Below are positions 59,354-64,000 of a stretch of 64,000 nucleotides of DNA, one piece after another; the stretch's first letter is position 1, and the number at the start of each line of letters is the position of its first letter. This DNA comes from Paraspadella gotoi (taxonomy: Eukaryota; Animalia; Chaetognatha). Made by a program: the position numbers and the translations under genes. The notes beneath the pieces are model-generated. The model did not search any database. It worked only from the letters and a program-made list of their open reading frames with translations, and was not told where the DNA came from. Where the stretch lies: positions 1,878,581 through 1,942,580 of the forward strand of contig JBJCIZ010000239.1 in NCBI GenBank assembly GCA_051294375.1. The letters run 5' to 3'.

Positions 59354-60783
59354 TCACATAAACATGTCGCCGTATCCGGGAGGAAGTTCGTGATCCGGAT
59401 CTGGACCGTAACCTCGTCCTCTCCCTCTCCCTGCTCCGCCGGGCGGAAAGGGAGCGAATGGATCGAATCTGGCGCCAGGCGGGATGGAGCCTGACGGAGG
59501 AAATGGATATAAAACGGTTTATTAAACCAGTTAACCAGGCGAGTAAAAAAGTCCTAAATCCTTACCAGGCGGTAGCGGTCTTCCATCAGGCGCCAAAGGA
59601 TACGGATTCCCTCGTCCAGCGACCCTCAAAGGATCGAACATCATCCCACCTTGCCCGCCGCCGAAAGGATCCAAGTCCGCTCGCCCGTAATCCCGCAACG
59701 GGTCGACGTTTCGTCCGTCGTAGCCGGAACTCCCGCGATACGGGTCAGTCATCGGGTCCGGTCGCCAATCGTCCGGCGCTTCCCTCTCCGGTCGATCCGT
59801 CGTTTCCGGCTTCGTCGTCGTCGGCACGAAGGGCTCCAAGATTTCTCTTCCGATCTGCGTCGTCAAATCGTCCAACTTCTTGAAGCGCCGCTCGGGTTTG
59901 AAGCTCGTCTCTCCGTCGACGACGTGGTGCCGCGGAACGAGGGAGACGCTGCGGACGACGTCAGTCTCCGGTCGCATGGCGTTGACCAGCAGCTCGTCGT
60001 CCACTCTGACGGCTTTGATGAGAATCACGTCCGCCGTGGAGGAAGGCGATTTGTAGGCGAGGGACCAACCCTCGGGGTCAGAGTTCCAGTTTGGGGGGAG
60101 GAGTTCTGAACCACCGCCCGAATCTACGTGAGAGAAGGTTGGAGGGATTGGTGAGGGTAAGGGGTGGTGGGGGGGAAGACGAGGATAATCGCTTTTTGAG
60201 GAGCAAGTCAGGTTGTCGGTTAAGATTCGCCCGCTAAAAAGAATACGTATACACAACTCACTTTTCAACTTTCTCGCAATTCTTAAACTCATTCTTCGTA
60301 TCGAAGAGGAAGCTACAATACTACCGGGTCCCCTCGCTTCCTTTGTCATTGGCCGAGTGGTCTAACGCGCCATCCCAATTCCGGGTTTAATACGGAAATT
60401 TTTTGACAAAAGAAAAAACGGAGACGGATTAACAGCATTAAAAGTAGAAGGCGTTCACTGTGGATCTGGATTTACTGTAGTACGTACTTTCTGATAATCT
60501 TCCCGTCTCCTTATTCAATGCCTACTCGATCTTTTCAACTAAGTTAACAACGACGACAACAAAAACAACTACGACCTCTCAACATGGCGGCGACGCGCGT
60601 GGCCGTCATCTCGCGGTCAGGGGGTGGTGATCCGACGCAGAGACATCCCGCGCGGACAAAGCACCAGTGGACGAAGACGACGAGGACGTCGAAGGCGTCT
60701 CGACAGTCGACCGAGTAGCGGGCGGTGAGAACCTCTAGCCACTGGGCGGACTGGGCGGACAGGGCGGAGGGCGGGGCCGACAT
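59354..60783 (-). CDS. PSMF1: Proteasome regulator PI31
   Basis: DVLVVFVHW..G..CVG, SELLPPNWN, GRADLDPFGGGQGGMMFDP, PPGARFDPF and PDPDHELPPGYGDMFM*. Confidence 0.92.
60345..60395 (+). pseudogene. Degenerate tRNA-like (Leu/Ser-type A box) fragment, possible SINE head remnant
   Basis: TGGCCGAGTGGTCTAACGCG followed by a decayed B box (GGGTTTAATAC). Too short for a full cloverleaf. Confidence 0.4.
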
Positions 60784-61600
60784 GACGACCGAGTTTGAGT
60801 AGTCCGAACACAAAAGGAAACTTCTGTCTTTTTATTTATTGTTATTCCTACTAATTTTATGAAATATATTCGAGATTAGACAAGGGATTTTTTCCCCCCA
60901 AATTGTGGACGATAAAAACGAAAAAATTGTTATACAACAGTAATTTGAATTTTTCTTTTTTTTTTTGAAAAAAAAAGTACGATAAAAATTGTTAAATTAA
61001 ATCTACAAGAAGATCGAACACACTGCGGTCTTTTTCGAAATTGTTATTGTCCTAGTGAAGAGAGACGGTTCTAAATTGTATTCCCAACTTTCCAAACACG
61101 CGTTTGTTCTTCAAATAAATACACAACTAAGCCACTTTCTGTACAGCATCGGCAAAAAGCAACGTTTTGTTTTTAAACAACCTCTTTGTCATAATTTAAA
61201 CTTTTTAAAAAACCGCGATAGAAGCCATTAAATTCTTCGTGCAGTCTTCGCAGCTTAGGGCAAGAAAAACCTGGAATGTTTGAAAAAAAAACAAACTGAG
61301 CAAATCGCTTTCGTTTTCCAGAAACACGAAGGGTAGCGAGCGTACATCGTGTAATGACTAATAGTATATAAATTTTTGTACTTTTATTTCTAAATAATTT
61401 GATGGACTAAACTATCGCTTCGAACATTGATTTGTTGTTTTTTTTGAAAAAAAAAAAATTTCGTTCGTGGAGAAAGAAAAATAGAGACAGAGACATTGGG
61501 TGATTGTAAGTTACAACTCGGTTTGCAATGTAACGTTTAATTAGGCAGACGCGCACACAAACACACGGAACCACATTCTCCAGGAAGGGTTTTGTAAGTC

Positions 61601-64000
61601 TCATTGAGTGGCGCACTGCACGCCGGGACCCCGGGGACCGTCTTCGTCGTCGTCGTCCTAAAGAAATAAAAGGTGAATTAAAATGGATTCTTTAATCTCA
61701 TTTGCATATCGTGAATTAGGAGAGAACACAAACACTCCGTGAACAAACGGTTTCTATTTGTATTCCCCATTTCCTTAAAAAAGTGACAATTTAACAGTCA
61801 CAACCGAATAATAAAAAAAAAGTGTCACCGTTATTTAAAGAAATCGATAAACCCATGTCAAAAAACAATTTATACAAGGCCAAAGAGCCGAGGTTCAAAC
61901 CTCCTGGTAGGCGGGTCCGCCGCTCCTCGCGGAGCTCCCTTCGCGTCTCGATTGGACGTATTCGTCGAGGTTCACCTCCTCAGTCATCTCGTCGTCGGGA
62001 ATGTCGATTTTGGGACGAGTAGGCAAAAACTTTTCGATTTTCTGTCGCGAGATGTTGAAAGACGTGATAAAGTTTAAATAAATATCATTTAAAATTACAA
62101 TTAGACATCGAAACTACTGAGAAAAGGTTGCGGGGGCAACGTTCCTCGACTTCGATCACCTTGATCGTTTGCTCGTCGGCGAAATGATTTTCCGGAAACG
62201 TGACGTCGAATTTGACGTAAAGATTTCCGCGTTCGTAAGGGTTTCTCAGGATGGGCATGCCCTCTCCCTGGACGATTTTCACGGAACCCGGGGAGATGAC
62301 CTGTGGACGAATATAGGAAAAATGATGATAATGACCACTTCCCCCCCCCACCAGAATCGATTAACGACGGCGAAGCTCACCTCTCCAGGGACGTGAGTGA
62401 CGACAATGTCGCGCCCGTCCAAATGTTTAAAGTTAATTTGAAAACCACAGAGAGCCTCCGTGATCCCGATCGAGAGACTCATCACCAGATCGTTGCCTTT
62501 TCTGGAATGAAAAACAAACACTAAACGTGCGTTCCGGAAAAAATGAACAATTTTAAAATGTGTCCAACAGAATGACTTGGAACAACTAAAACTAGAATAT
62601 GTTAAACGAATTAAACGTTCGAGAATCAATTGACTTTTATTCATTTAAGATAGCGAAATTAATATAAATAAAATCTATACTAGGAATAGGCTAAATAAAA
62701 AAAAACTAAAAACGTTAAGTTACCGAACGAAGACGTCATGTTCCGTCTGTTGCAAAACGATGATGACATCTCCGGGATCGACGCCGGGCGACTGAAGAAA
62801 GAGAAGATAAAAACTATGTACATCAACGAAAATACTTAACTTAAGATACAAAACTTACTAATCATAGTAAATCTCACCTGATCCCCCTCTCCCCTGAAGG
62901 GAATCTTGTGCCCGTCCCTCATCCCCTTGTCGACGGGGACTTCGAGGATCTTGGTCTCCTGTACAGTCTTCTTCCCCTCGCAGGTGTTGCACCGATCCTT
63001 TTCGCTGATCATTTCGCCTGCGATGAAAGGGTTAGAGTTGAACCATGATATGATGGAAATACCCTTTTCTTTTTGTTTATTGGCCAATTAGCTTTTTTTT
63101 TTTAATTTAATTCCCTTTAGATTAATTAAATACATTACTTTACATTCTATTTACATTTACCATGAACCAAAAGTTATTCCGGATGCTACATTTTACACTA
63201 TTTCCTTTTACTCCATTTTCTATCATTTTTCCCCCCCTTTTATTTCATTTCAATTGTTACCATTTCATTAGGTTCTATTATTCTTTTCTCTTTCTGTGAA
63301 TTTCAATCTTCTTGCCTTCTCCATCTCACCTTCTCCTCTGCAATCGGGGCAGACGCTCTGCATCTGCTGCACCATTCCGGGTCCCAATTGCCGGATGGAG
63401 ACTTTGACGCCGCGACCCGAGCAAGTCTTGCAATTGACCACGGCGCCGCTCTTGCCTCCCTGCCCGTTGCACTTCTTGCAAATCACGTTTTTTCGCATTT
63501 GCAGTTTCGACAATTTCCCGTTGTAGAGGTCTTCCAAATTGACTCTGGAAGGAATCGATGTATGATCGAATAGTTAACTCGTTATTGACCAAGTCATTCA
63601 TTCACTCCTCACTTCAAAGGGTGCAGAGTGTCCTCTCCCTTGGTGGGTCGCCGCCTGCTCCTACCACCCATTCCTCCCATGCCTCCCATGCCGAAGGGCA
63701 TGCCGAAGAGACCGCCGAAGCCGCCGGGGCCGCCACCGCCGCCGAAAAGATGTTCGAAAATATCCGGCATGTCGCCGCCCTGCCCTCCTTCCCGGAGACC
63801 CTAAATAACGATCGAAAATACGCCACGTAAAGCAATGGGTAAAAAAAACAGTACTATATAACCTTATCTATTACTCAATAATTAATATTACTAACTTGAA
63901 GGCCGACTCTATCGTACATTGCTCTCTTCTCTGGATTGGATAAAATTTCGTGAGCGAAAGAGACTTCTTTGAACTTGTCTCCAGCGTTCGGGTTTTTGTC
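61601..64000 (-). CDS. DNAJA: Class A Hsp40 (DNAJA1/2-like), 5' end outside window
   Basis: [21 protein letters not shown], a G/F region, [30 protein letters not shown] zinc motifs, GEGMP and CaaX CATQ*. Confidence 0.95.

Overview
Eukaryotic (animal, invertebrate-like) genomic DNA with GC-rich exons, AT-rich short introns, microsatellites and one 10-N assembly gap. I did not identify the species. The window is very gene-dense and almost entirely unidirectional: 25 genes lie head-to-tail on the minus strand. In transcription order they are DNAJA, PSMF1/PI31, an orphan, RAB6, two TDP-43, YOD1, VPS51, SPC24, PSMD12, SLC35E2, a CARD-DD adaptor, RIOX1/NO66, RCC2, FRMD8, DDOST, ATP5F1C, HINT, RPS4, MRPL43, two Ub-RPS27A, PSMA3, PSMB1 and HERPUD. 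Many stop-to-ATG gaps are only about 100-370 bp and contain apparently unpaired splice acceptors just upstream of the ATG. The best candidate for an undescribed system is therefore a very large operon-like, probably trans-spliced housekeeping cluster rich in ubiquitin-proteasome genes. The only plus-strand gene appears nested in a HERPUD intron. Also seen: exon-limited homogenisation between the RPS27A copies, two intronic repeat families (one highly structured), a recurring intronic octamer-containing 13-mer, a foldback element and atypical splice-site usage. Gene identities come from recognising the translated sequences, not from database searches. Exon boundaries were read by eye.
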